DNA of 64,000 bases. Source: Chrysomallon squamiferum (lineage: Eukaryota; Animalia; Mollusca). The stretch lies in contig CM022675.1 in assembly GCA_012295275.1 (NCBI GenBank), positions 5,270,001 to 5,334,000 of the forward strand, read 5' to 3'. Below the pieces are notes generated by a model. It was given only the letters and a program-made list of their open reading frames with translations, did not search any database and was not told where the DNA came from. A program made the position numbers and the translations under genes. Shown piece after piece: positions 39,132 through 51,142 of the stretch. Within the stretch, counting starts at the first letter, position 1. The number at the start of each line of letters is the position of its first letter.

Positions 39132-39988
39132 TCATCCTTATTATTATTATTAATAGTTTTTGTCTGTTTCTTAGTTTGTATATTTGTTTGTTTGTTTGTT
39201 TGTTTATTTTTTTTTATTTCTTTATTTATTTCTTTATTTCTTTCTTTATTTATTTATTTACTTACTTATTTTCTAAATGACTAAAATAAGAATAAAAATA
39301 AATAAAAAGCAAGCATTGCAACTGAAATGCATTAATAATCGCGCCGTCGTGATGTGCCAATTCAGTTTCACATTGGAAGACACCTTTTTCAAACCGACGC
39401 ACGCACGCACGCGCGCACACACACACACATACACACATACACACACAAAGAAAAGAAACACATACAAAAATAAATAAATAAATAAACAAACAAACAAAAA
39501 AACAAACAAATAAATAAATAAATTAAATTAAATAAAATAAATAAAAAATAAAAGGAAAACATGAGAAAAAGAAAGAGTAAAAAATAAAATAATAAAACAA
39601 AATAAAATAAATAAAATTAAACGAAAATAATAATAATAATAATAAAAATAAAAAATGAATAAATTAATTAATTAATTAATTAAATAAGTAAATAAATAAA
39701 TGAATGTATAAATAAAAAGATAAAATTAATAATAATAATAATAATAATTAATAATAATAATAACAATAACAACAACAACAATAACAATAACAATAACAAT
39801 AACAACAACTCCTGACTGATCAACCCCGAAGGTATTTCCCTTCCCCTTCCGACTCCGTCAGTCGAGCCGACTGCGTCTTCGCGGGGCCGAGAGGTAAGGA
39901 AAATCTGCGAGAAGCAACAACGATAGGACCCTGGACATCCGCGCGAAAGGGTAGACATGGGATCCGCGAAGAAAGCAGTTTCCTTTAC

Positions 39989-40070
<82 letters not shown>

Positions 40071-40095
40071 GTTTGTATGCTTACACACTCTTATA

Positions 40096-40247
40096 TACAT
40101 TAGTTTATAAATTCAGCGATGTTTTATCTTTTCTATTTAGACGTACATTTTTTAAACTTTTTTATTATTTTTTATTTTTTGTGAGGTGAGGGGTTATTAT
40201 GTTTTCCCCTGGGTTTGATTTGTGATCATTTATTAAGTGTCTCTCTG

Positions 40248-40278
<31 letters not shown>

Positions 40279-40515
40279 TTCTGTCTCTGTCTATCTCTCT
40301 TCTCTCTCTCTCTTTATCTCTTTTTCTCTTTCTTTCTCTCTTTTTCTCTCTCTCTCTCTTTCTCTCTATCTCACTCTCTCTCTTTCTCTCTCTTTCTCCC
40401 TCTCTCTTTCTCTCTCTCTCTTTCTATCTCTCTATCTCTCTCTATCTCTGTCTCTCTGTCTCTCTTTCTCTCTCTATCTGTCTCTCTCTCTCTCTCTCTC
40501 TCTGTCTCTTTCCTC

Positions 40516-40563
<48 letters not shown>

Positions 40564-40894
40564 CTCTCTTTCTCTTTTCTTTCTCTCTCTCTCTTTCTCT
40601 CTCTTTCCTCTCTTCTCTGTCTCTCTCTCTCTCTTTTCTTTCCCTCTCTCGTTCTCTGTTTATCTCTCTCTTTTTCTCTCTCTCTGTCTTTATCTCTCTT
40701 TCTCTCTCTCTCTTTCACTTTCTTTCTTTCTTTCTCTCTCTCTTTCTCTCTCTACATTAGTTTATAAATTCAGCGATGTTTTATCTTTTCTATTTAGACG
40801 TACATTTTTTAAACTTTTTTATTATTTTTTATTTGTTGTGAGGGCAGGGGTTATTATGTTTTCCCCTGGATTTGATTTGTGATCATTTATTAAG
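40096..40894 (+). repeat. Direct duplication of about 143 bp (40096-40238 and 40753-40894) enclosing a CT-rich tract
   Basis: tacattagtttataaattcagcgatg...gatttgtgatcatttattaagt occurs twice. Confidence 0.9.
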
Positions 40895-41473
40895 TTTTTA
40901 ATATTATCACGTGATGTCGGCAAGATGAATAAAAGATAGACATATTAAATTAAATAAATTATTAAATAAATTAATAAATAAATAATATTTACAGAGTCAT
41001 GATCGAGGTGATGAAATACGTCGTCAAATCACTAAATATTGATAGTTGAAGGAAACTGTAATATTACATGTTGATAACCAAACCATTACGCAGTGAGTAC
41101 TTAATTACAACAAGGGAGGTAAGTGGGAAGAAATTAAGTTATCTCTCTTTCTGATTTTTTATTCTGTTTTATTTGTGTAATTTCTCTTTGTAAAAGCGAG
41201 ATACTGGCTGTAAATGACACAAAGGTCAGGTAGAAGGAACGAAGCTGTCTCTTTCTTGTTTTTTGCTTTTCGGGACATTTTCATTAATTTGTCTAATTTC
41301 TGCTACTGATAGAGACTTACTTGCGGTATATATCATGGATTTATGAAATACGTCACTCGCCTCTCTTTACAAACATTAAAACTAAAAATATTAAACTAAT
41401 TCCTATTTACTTCTTTCAGACAAATATTATTGTTAGTTTTATTGTTGTTTTTGTTGTTGTTGTTGTTATTATT

Positions 41474-41534
<61 letters not shown>

Positions 41535-42145
41535 GTTGTAAGGTCATAAGTATAAATCATCGGAAAATGTTCTTATATGATTTGATCAACCGTATTGGAA
41601 TGAGCTGTTAATAATTCTCATTACAGTTACAAGTTGTTTTAAAATGAAAGGAACTTTCTCTTTGTTGTTACTTTTTCTCTGGTTTTTCAACTTATTTGTT
41701 TCTCCCTGTGTAATATGTTCAGTGCATCTATTCGGTCACTGCAGACAAGTATAGTGGAATTTTTCAAGAAGTGTTCTTCATCTATTACCATGAAGTGAAG
41801 TATGATTTTACTGAATGAAGAATGTTTAGTGATAAGTAATGGAGGTGTGATGTACGATATGAAATTCTATCACGAGATATTGAGTGATTATGTGTCATCC
41901 TTGCTGACTGGTTGTGCTGTCACGTGCTATGATGGCACCAAAAATTCAGCAAATGTTCGCATTCGTCTGATTCTTTAAAGAAGTAGTCATTTCCGTAACA
42001 CTTTCTATAGCTATAATTATAATGTTGTTGAGTTATAGTTCTTTTGTATACGACAATACCAAGAATATTAACAAGAAAATTATAATAATAATGATAAAAA
42101 TACAATAATAATAATAACAATAGTAATAATAATAATAACAATAAC

Positions 42146-42197
<52 letters not shown>

Positions 42198-42797
42198 GTA
42201 ACAGTAACAATAACAATAACAATAACAATAATAATAATAATAATAATAATATATTTAATATTGAAAAAATAAGGACTAATAATCAAATAATCGACACGAG
42301 GAGTTAAAAAATATATATATATATATTGTTAATCAGATGGGTGTGTGATGAAACTATAGCAACAGTTAAAGCAGATCCTTCATCTTGGAAATAGCACCAC
42401 GAATAATCACGACGGAAATTCGAAAGCTTTTCCTCCGCCACGGATTTTTACCGAACCTCCAGAATGTCCAGAAACACAAATGAGAAGAAAATAAATAAAA
42501 CACACAGGAAGAGCAAAACAGAGAGGTAATTTGTATTCCAGCATAGAGTAATGACAATAATTACGTAAACATGAATTAATATGCAAGTAATAATTTCGAC
42601 TTATAAAATAAAACAAATCACACGAGAGTCATTGCTACAATCTTTATTCAGTAAAGAAACTCAATATAAAATATTAATGACTACATAAACAAACACGTTT
42701 TTGAGAAAACACAAAAATACAACAAAAAAACCTAAAAAAACAATCTTTACTATAGCAAAACAAGCAATCAAATATAATAATAGCAATAATTATAATG

Positions 42798-42889
<92 letters not shown>

Positions 42890-43975
42890 GATGATGATGA
42901 TGATGATGATGAAAAAGAAAAGTCAGTACATCAGTGAAAGTTACGGAGTAGAATGTGTATAAAATATCGATACTCCTTTATCATTTAACTTTAATTTTCT
43001 GCAGATTTCATTTTCTTTTCTGTTTTGTTTTTCATTTTGACAGCCTACTACAGCCAATTAATGAACAGCATTCTCTCACGCGATAATACAAGTGAAATGC
43101 TGATATTTTTTTTTTTTTTTTTATTATTTATTAATTTATTAACTTATTTATTTATTTATTTAAATAGTGCCTGAAATGATATCCATTAGGGTGTCCTTCA
43201 AGTTTTTAAATAAATACTACTATTACTACTACTACTAACAATAGTAATGATACTACTACTAATAATAATAATAATAACAATAGTAAAACATTAACCTTTG
43301 TTTTCTTCTGTTTTCTCTTTGTAAGCAATATATCATGTGATTCCATGCAACATTACGAACCAGAGTGTAAAACACAACTAGAAAAAAACCCACCAAAACC
43401 CTGTGTTTATTAAATAAAACTATTAATTAAACTATCAATTTATTGGAAACTAAACTAATAGTTTTAACATAAATACTGAACAGCTTATAATTAGAACACG
43501 ATGTAAACTCTCAGAAGACAGTGATGAAGAGCAGGTTCCGAACCGTCACACTTAACGTCATACTTCCATACATTCCTACTAGTGACACTGCTACCAACAG
43601 AAGACATTCTGAATCTGTGAAGAGAAATATTATGTTGTCCACAATTAGAACAAAAAAATAAGAAAAAAATACAAGAACAAAATCACCAACACATTAATAA
43701 CAAAAAAGAAAATAATGATACAAAATAACAGTTGCCATTATTACCACTGACTACAACCAGCACATATCCTTTTAATTCTACCGCTACTAAAGATAATAAT
43801 GATTATGTTTTGTTATTTTTATTGCTAATTTACTTTAAAGAAAATATAAACTTTTCGCTCAAAGAAAATGCTTTTGCGTCTGTCTATGTTTTACTTTCAG
43901 TTGACATTGACAGCACGCTGAAGTCAAATTCCAAGTGGTGCATATACACATTTATTATTATTATTATTATTATCA

Positions 43976-44006
<31 letters not shown>

Positions 44007-44485
44007 TATTTACGTGTTTCGTATTAAAAAATGGTTGTAGAAGAAACACTGATCGTGTTCATGATATTAAATTATATGGAGTGGAAGCTGAAAGAAAAAG
44101 GTTACTAAATACGTGGGTGGCTGTTAGCATCAAAAATGATTGCGTTTTGCCAATTTTATTCCAAGTGATGTTTATTACTAAATATCAGACCAATCTCGTC
44201 TTCTAATAAAAGTTTATTTTTGTATTTATCATTTATAGCGATGACAACTTGTCACATTACGAAGAAACCTGTTTCAGTCCGTCTAACAAAAGATACTAAA
44301 CACGTGAGAACTATTAACATTTGTTACATACCCAGTTATTATACACAGGCAGCTTTGGGTAAGCGAGCCTTTGTAATGACTGGAAGAGTCACCGTTCACA
44401 ACGTGTTTCTCGTTTTATTATATTAGTAAGTGCTACAACGACAGCAATAACAACAACAACAACAATACTAATTATAATAAAAATA

Positions 44486-44517
<32 letters not shown>

Positions 44518-44825
44518 CATTAAACAATTAAATGAACTAAAAATAAGCTAAACAAATAAAAAGGTAGATTGTCAGATATATCTGTCTATATACATATATG
44601 TTTTTGTTTCTATATATATTTATACACTACAGAGGTACCAGAACCATACGAAAAGCACTGTGTGCTTTAGGTCATTCACTAAGCCTGCGTGTAATCGACC
44701 TTTAACATTTGCCCGTACGATCGCTTGCCGTATTAGTAAAATAAGATTTAAAATCAGTACATAAAAGTGTGACTTAAAGTCTCGAATTTAATCTAAACTG
44801 TTAATTGTTGATATGAATGACGGTA

Positions 44826-44917
44826 TTCTCGCTTCTCTTTTTATTTCTCGCATATGCGATATAAAATGAGATCTTGCGAGAACGTGATTTGCAGTCACGT
44901 GCCAAATCTTATAAATA
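44826..44917 (+). promoter_or_regulatory. Imperfect 57-bp palindrome, CACGTG E-box and TATA box upstream of the first ORF of the element
   Basis: TTCTCGC-TTCTCTTTTTATT-TC-TCGCAT|ATGCGA-TATAAAATGAGA-TCTT-GCGAGAA (44826-44882). CACGTG at 44896-44901, TATAAATA at 44910-44917 and ATG at 45007. Confidence 0.6.
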
Positions 44918-45006
44918 GGCAGACATTTTTAAATTCGCCATCTTTGCATGTAAGCGATTGTTGTAGTAAGTATCGTTGCTTAGTCTGTGTTGAGTGAAAT
45001 TTTAAA

Positions 45007-46231
45007 ATGTCGGGAGGTAGTGGAGCTGTAGGAACTAGTAGCGGTAACTGTAGTAGCTGGGGGAGCGAAGGAATTAACGATGGTAAAAATCGAACTACTT
45101 CTGTTCCTAACACGGAATGTATGCCGCAAGGACCACTGTTTAACAAAGATCAAGACAGTGTGTTTCGGAAGACATTCCATCGGCTATTTCAACGGTATGT
45201 ACACGATAATGCCGAAACTACCACTTATTACGATGAAACTAATAAAACAAAGACGAAGGTTTTCAAATTTTACCTTACGACTATCCTAAAGCTTCCGTAA
45301 TTCCCTTTCAGTGGCAAGAAGCTCAAGCTTTCAGACTCATTAATATAGGTTTCGAAATATTGGATTGTACTTTAACGACCGAAGAAGTCACTTCCATAAG
45401 TGACATTCAAGTGATGCGCACGGATTTCGTACGCGAACCCAAGTTGCTCTGTTTGTGATTATAATCACGAATGGGGAGATTTCGTTGTCGATAAGTTTAA
45501 AAACAACCAAAGGTTCGATGTCAGTAGTAATTTCACCAATCAGTGGGCAGTAAATCGGCAAAATGCTACTCTGCCCAGAGTAGTATTAAAACTACCAGAC
45601 GTTTTTTTTTAACAAAAACCAATGTCAATTGATGGACATTCATTACAAATTCCAAGAGGTATTTTTATTCCTCATCGGCGATATTAATACCATGACTTCG
45701 AAATTTACTCATACTTGGGAATGTACGGAAAGATTTTATCCCATTTGTCATTACTTGCATAATATTAAAGACTATGATATCAGTGATATCGGAACGTTAG
45801 AAGACATTTTCAAAGTAAAACCTTTTGGTGGTACGAAGTCTTTCTACAAAGTTTTTAATCAAACTGTGTCTCTATTGCGGTAGAGATAGTCCGGTGGTCC
45901 AAGCGGCGTGCATTTTCGTAAAATGTTTTATCACTTTCGAATTCATTAATACATGTGTCCCGAATTATCTAAGATTAGAGAAGTAGCCGGTTACGCAGTC
46001 AATCCTAAATTTGCATTTCCCAAACGTAACACAAAATACCGTTTCCAAAACAGGATGGTTTACACTCGAACTGACCACGGAAACGAACCGTCATCCAACC
46101 CTGCAACAGGAGAAAACGCGCCTGAAGCACCACGGAGCCTCGTCAATACTCACCTCCTGGTGGCACAGTGTCTGGCTCTGCTTCTTCAAACCGTTACCAT
46201 CCTCACCCTTCGCCTCGTCCGAAATGAGTGA
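45007..46231 (+). pseudogene. Putative parvovirus-type jelly-roll capsid protein (about 350-400 aa), disrupted
   Basis: Gly/Ser-rich start MSGGSGAVGTSSG, then VFRKTFHRLF, YLTTILKLP, QEAQAFRLINIGFEILDCTLTTEEVTSISDIQVMRTDFVREPKLL (compare AAV [20 protein letters not shown]), CDYNHEW, ATLPRVVLKLP, KFTHTWEC, KFLIK and IFVKCFITFEF. The motifs appear in the order expected for parvoviral VP. Recognised by eye only. Confidence 0.55.
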
Positions 46232-46794
46232 ATCAAATGTTTATTTTTGGAAGTAGAGATACGAAGATATGTTACGTAGTGTATATCAACCTGGTCTAAC
46301 CAATATAGATCTCATTTATCCAGAAATTCCTAGAAACAATGAACAAAATATATCTGAATTTATATAAGAATATAAGAGTTTGATATTCGATCTGTTTAAA
46401 ACTAGAAATCGCTTCCTGGTCTCGATTCCTGGAAGACAAAGATCCTTATGATTGCATAGAACTAGTGATGGGTAGAAACGTCGAAGGAGGCAGAATAAAA
46501 CAGTTGTGTCCCATTGGCTATCGATTTGATGAGGACATGTTAACCTCCGACGAAAATAAGAACAAAAAATCGAATCCGATACAGAAAAATCGCTTCCGTA
46601 TAAAAGATTAACTGCTCCTACTTGTATTTGTTCCAGAAATAAAGCCATAGAAAAGAAGACAATATTAAGAAAACGTTATAAAGAAGCATAACCAGCCAAC
46701 GGACATATTTCACAATCCTATCGCATTTATTTTAAGTTCATATTATCATCATCAGCATCAACGTCACCGAGTATCGGTTCATTGGTAAATAGTC

Positions 46795-47374
46795 ATGGAT
46801 AATCTTAAAGAACATTGGTGTTGTATAATATTACAAGTTAATGGTTCATCAGCGGAGTATAATGAAGAACTTGAACAACTATTCAATGGAAGATATATTT
46901 CTCCAAGGATAAATCCCTAAACAACAGATATGACAAATACGGCAGACTTTTTTTCTATTTACGCCGATTCTCGTGAATTAGAATATAAGATAGTGACACG
47001 CTGGTCCACAAAGATTGAATTCCTTCAAATTCTTCCATGGAAATCAGAGTATCTGAACAAAGGGAAAGTCAGACGTTTGGAACAGGACGGCACGGATGCC
47101 CCCTGCTCCGAAAGGCTTCACTCAAAAACGTGCAGTGAACGAATTTCTAGATGATGATGATCGAGACCAACACTTCAGACGACCAACTAATTTAACAAGA
47201 CAAAGTCGTTTCAGATGTACGTCTACAGAAGCGATACCATCTACGTCGAGGCAGACAACGCCCGTCAGTCAGTTCACGCAAACTTACGATCCATGGGAAA
47301 ACTCTCAACCGTTGATGACTTCTCATGCACCTGTCTATAAAAACGTGTTCCGGGTTCAGAAGCTTACTGGTTAA
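46795..47374 (+). pseudogene. Disrupted ORF of about 190 aa (MDNLKEHWCCIILQVNG...YDPWENSQPL...KLTG), unknown; possibly a non-structural protein N-terminus
   Basis: ATG at 46795, one in-frame TAA, then a frameshift into track ORF 47096-47374. The first 300 bp are deleted in copy 1. Confidence 0.45.
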
Positions 47375-48105
47375 ATGAATGAGACATCGGAGAGAGACAG
47401 TCCAGGTCTACGACGGCTGAAACGAGAGGAATCGGTCAGGTCTGCAGAATTAAGAAGAGTCTAGAGCAAGAGACACCGAGGACGACGAGGATACGTAGCA
47501 ACCAAAACAAAAGCAAAAGAAGTTAAAACTAAAAGAAAACTTGTGTAAGTTTACAGATGTTACAGAGACTCTGATCACGACCAGTGAATCAAAGAACGAA
47601 AGGCAATGAATGGAATGGGTTTTGTCGAATAAAGACAAATCGGACAAAATATGCGGTAGCACCGATCGTGGTAAATTAGGAGGTTTTAAGTATCTTAAAA
47701 TCAGTGTGAATTACCACAGAGTTGTGCAGGAGATACTTACATCCATAGAAAAGAAGACATTCGGGTCTTACATCAAATACCTGCGGCAAGTAGACACGCC
47801 TTCCATGAAGAGATGTATCGCAGTGGCAACACAAGAAAGTTGCCTTCAAGCCAGGGAATTGGCTTCTATTGTCAAAATCAGCTGCAAGCAAACGTACAAA
47901 AATGATTACAAATATATTAACTGAAGTAATATAGCGTGAAACTACCTTGTTTCTTATGACACTCAAAAAAGAAGCTTTGTCGTCATAGAATAAAACACAA
48001 CATCTCACGATGTATTTATATGGTAAGGACAAAGAAACCATCTTGTCCAATGAATAACTGCTTTAAAGTATTGCATCATGAATGAATTGTATGTGTATTC
48101 ATAAC
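47375..48105 (+). pseudogene. Disrupted SF3-helicase/NS1-like ORF (copy 2)
   Basis: Paralogous to 2047-2790 and ends ALKYCIMNELYVYS. Confidence 0.35.
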
Positions 48106-48172
48106 TAACTTAATCATCATCATCGTAAATAATAATAATATTCACACTTCATGTGCTCATTTGTCTATCTTT

Positions 48173-48551
<379 letters not shown>

Positions 48552-48554
48552 GTG

Positions 48555-50437
48555 ACATTAATACAGTCTAGGTCTTTTTTGTGTCTTTTGTTAAAAGGAC
48601 ATTGATACAGTCTAGGTATTTTGTTAAAAGGACATTTAATACAGTCTAGGTCTTTTGTTTAAAATGACATTAATACAGTCTAGGTATTTTGTTAAAATGA
48701 TAAAATGACAATACAGTCTAGGTATTTTGTTAAAAGGACATTAATACAGTCTAGGTCTTTTGTTAAAATGACATTGATACAGTCTAGGTCTTTTGTTAAA
48801 AGGACATTGATACAGTCTATGTCTTTTGTTAAAAGGACATTAATACAGTCTAGGTATTTTGTTAAAAAGGACATTAATACAGTCTAGGTCTTTTGTTAAA
48901 AAATACAGACATTAAAAAACATTTACAGTCTAGGTATTTTGTTTAAAAGGACATTGATACAGTCTAGGTCTTTTTTAAAATGACATTTACAGTCTAAAAT
49001 GACATTAATACAGTCTAGGTCTTTTGTTAAAATGACATTGATACAGTCTAGGTCTTTTGTTAAAATGACATTAATACAGTCTAGGTCTTTTGTTAAAAGG
49101 ACATTAATACAGTCTAGGTCTTTTGTTAAAATGTACAGTCTAGGTCTTTTGTTAAAGGACATTAATACAGTCTAGGTCTTTTGTTAAAAGGACATTAATA
49201 CAAAAAATGACATTAATACAGTCTAGGTCAGTCTAGGTTTTTGTTAAAATGACATTAATACAGTCTAGGTCTTTTGTTAAAAGGACATTAATACAGTCTA
49301 GGTCTTTAGTTTAAAATGACATTGACATTGATACAGTCTAGGTCTTTTGTTAAAATGACATTAATACAGTCTAGGTCTTTTGTTAAAAAGGACATTAATA
49401 CAGTCTAGGTCTTTTGTTAGAATGACATTGATACAGTCTAGGTCTTTTGTTAAAATGACATTGATACAGTCTAGGTCTTTTGTTAAAAGGACATTAATAC
49501 AGTCTAGGTCTTTTGTTAAAATGACATTAATACAGTCTAGGTCTAGGTATTTTGTTAAAAGGACATTAATACAGTCTTTTGTTAAAATGACATTGATACA
49601 GTCTAGGTCTTTTGTTAGGTCTTTTGTTAAAATGACATTGATACAGTCTAGGTTTTTTGTTACAAAAGGACATTAATACAGTCTAGTCTTTTGTTAAAAT
49701 GACATTTTTGTATTTTTTAAAAATGACATTAATACAGTCTAGGTCTTTTTTGTACAGTCTAAAAAGGACATTAATACAGTCTAGGTCTTTTTTTCATACA
49801 GTTAAAAGGACATTAATACAGTCTAGGTCTTTTGTTAAAATGACATTGATACAGTCTAGGTCTTTTGTTAAAAGGACATTAATACAGTCTAGGTCTTTTG
49901 TTAAAAATAGTCAGTCATTATACAGTCTAGGTCTTTTGTTAAAAGGACATTAATACAGTCTAGGTCTTTTTGTTAAAAGGACATTGATACAGTCTAGGTC
50001 TTTTGTTAGAATGACATTGATACAGTCTAGGTCTTTTGTTAAAAGGACATTAATACAGTCTAGGTCTTTTGTTAAAATACAGTCTAGGTATTTTGTTTAA
50101 AAAGGACATTAATACAGTCTAGGTCTTTTGTTAGAATGACATTGATACAGTCTAGGTCTTTTGTTAAAAGGACATTGATACAGTCTAGGTCTATTTTTTA
50201 AAAAGGACATTAATACAGTCTAGGTCTTTTGTTAAAATGACATTAATACAGTCTAAGACATTAATACAGTCTAAGTTTTTTTTAAAAGGACATTAATACA
50301 GTCTAGGTCTTTTGTTAAAATGACATTGATACAGTCTAGGTCTTTTGTTAAAAGGACATTGATACAGTCTAGCTCTTTGTTAAAAAGGACCTTGGTACAG
50401 TCTAAGTGTTAAAATGACACTCAAATAGTCTTAAGTA
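48555..50437. repeat. 33-bp minisatellite (gacattaatacagtctaggtcttttgttaaaag/t), more than 50 copies; about 3 diverged units resume at 51143-51240
   Basis: 33-nt period, which produces the RTLIQSRSFVK pseudo-ORFs. Confidence 0.96.
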
Positions 50438-51142
50438 CAGTGGTACTTTGTCTTACGAGTTGAATTCCTTCTGTCACCGAGCTCGTAACTCAGTTTGCTC
50501 GTATATCAAATCAGTTTTACCATTTGAAATTAATTGAAGTACCATTAATCCGTTCAGCCATCAAAAACCATCCCAATTTTTTGTAACATGTATTTAAATA
50601 AGAAAAATGAGTGTATAAATATTGTAAAAAAAAAAAAATAAAAGAGAATGTAAAGAAGTAAATTAATTTTGTAAAGTGTACAGGATTAGGGATTCTCAAT
50701 CTTTTCATGGACAGAGGTCTGCAGCTTAGAAATTATTTTAATGCCTTTATCGACTCCTTCTGATTCAGTATGGTACATATCATAGAAGTGGTACACTCAT
50801 ACTGCCTAGCCATGTTGACTACATGCACACCTTGCTCATGTTTTTCTATGATTTCATGCTTTAATTCCGCTTCTCCTTCTCAGTACTGTCCTTTGCACTA
50901 ACTTTCTTAGGATCCATGGAAATTTGGCAAAATAGTGCACAAAACAAGAGCACAACACAACAGAGATGCTTCCATGGCGAGGTAACAAGTAGGACACAGG
51001 ATGCTGCTGTGTTGTTCGCTGCACCAACTAGTGGTGGCGTATTTGAAGCTCCTTGTAACTCGGATTTTAGCTTGGAACTCAAAGCAAAAATCAACCGGCA
51101 GGCTGCTTGTAACTCGAAAAACTCATAACTCAAGGTACCATG
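50438..51142 (-). mobile_element. Internally deleted Tigger/pogo (Tc1/mariner superfamily) DNA transposon
   Basis: TA-CAGTGGTACTTTGTCTTACGAGT ... ACTCATAACTCAAGGTACCATG-TA (imperfect TIRs, TA target duplication). The minus strand carries the remnant MDPKKVSAKDSTEK/ELKHEIIEKHEQGVHVVNMARQYECTTSMICTILNQKESIK, a CENP-B-type HTH of Tigger transposases. No DDE domain. Confidence 0.88.

Larger units (their letters stand above)
44625..48130 (+). mobile_element. Endogenous virus-like element, copy 2 (most complete; left boundary approximate)
   Basis: Collinear with 1-2815 from 45586 onward. It adds about 1 kb of 5' sequence with a hairpin, a TATA box and the capsid-like N-terminus. Confidence 0.72.

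Noticed and set aside
45007-48130. Element as a LINE/LTR retrotransposon, Helitron or Polinton
   Set aside because: I could not see RT (YxDD), integrase DDE, PIF1 helicase or pPolB motifs, LTRs or TIRs. This is not fully excluded without profile searches.
48555-50437. 33-bp array as a CRISPR array or a repeat protein (RTLIQSRSFVK)
   Set aside because: The units are head-to-tail with no unique spacers, there are no cas genes, the context is eukaryotic and the frames break often.
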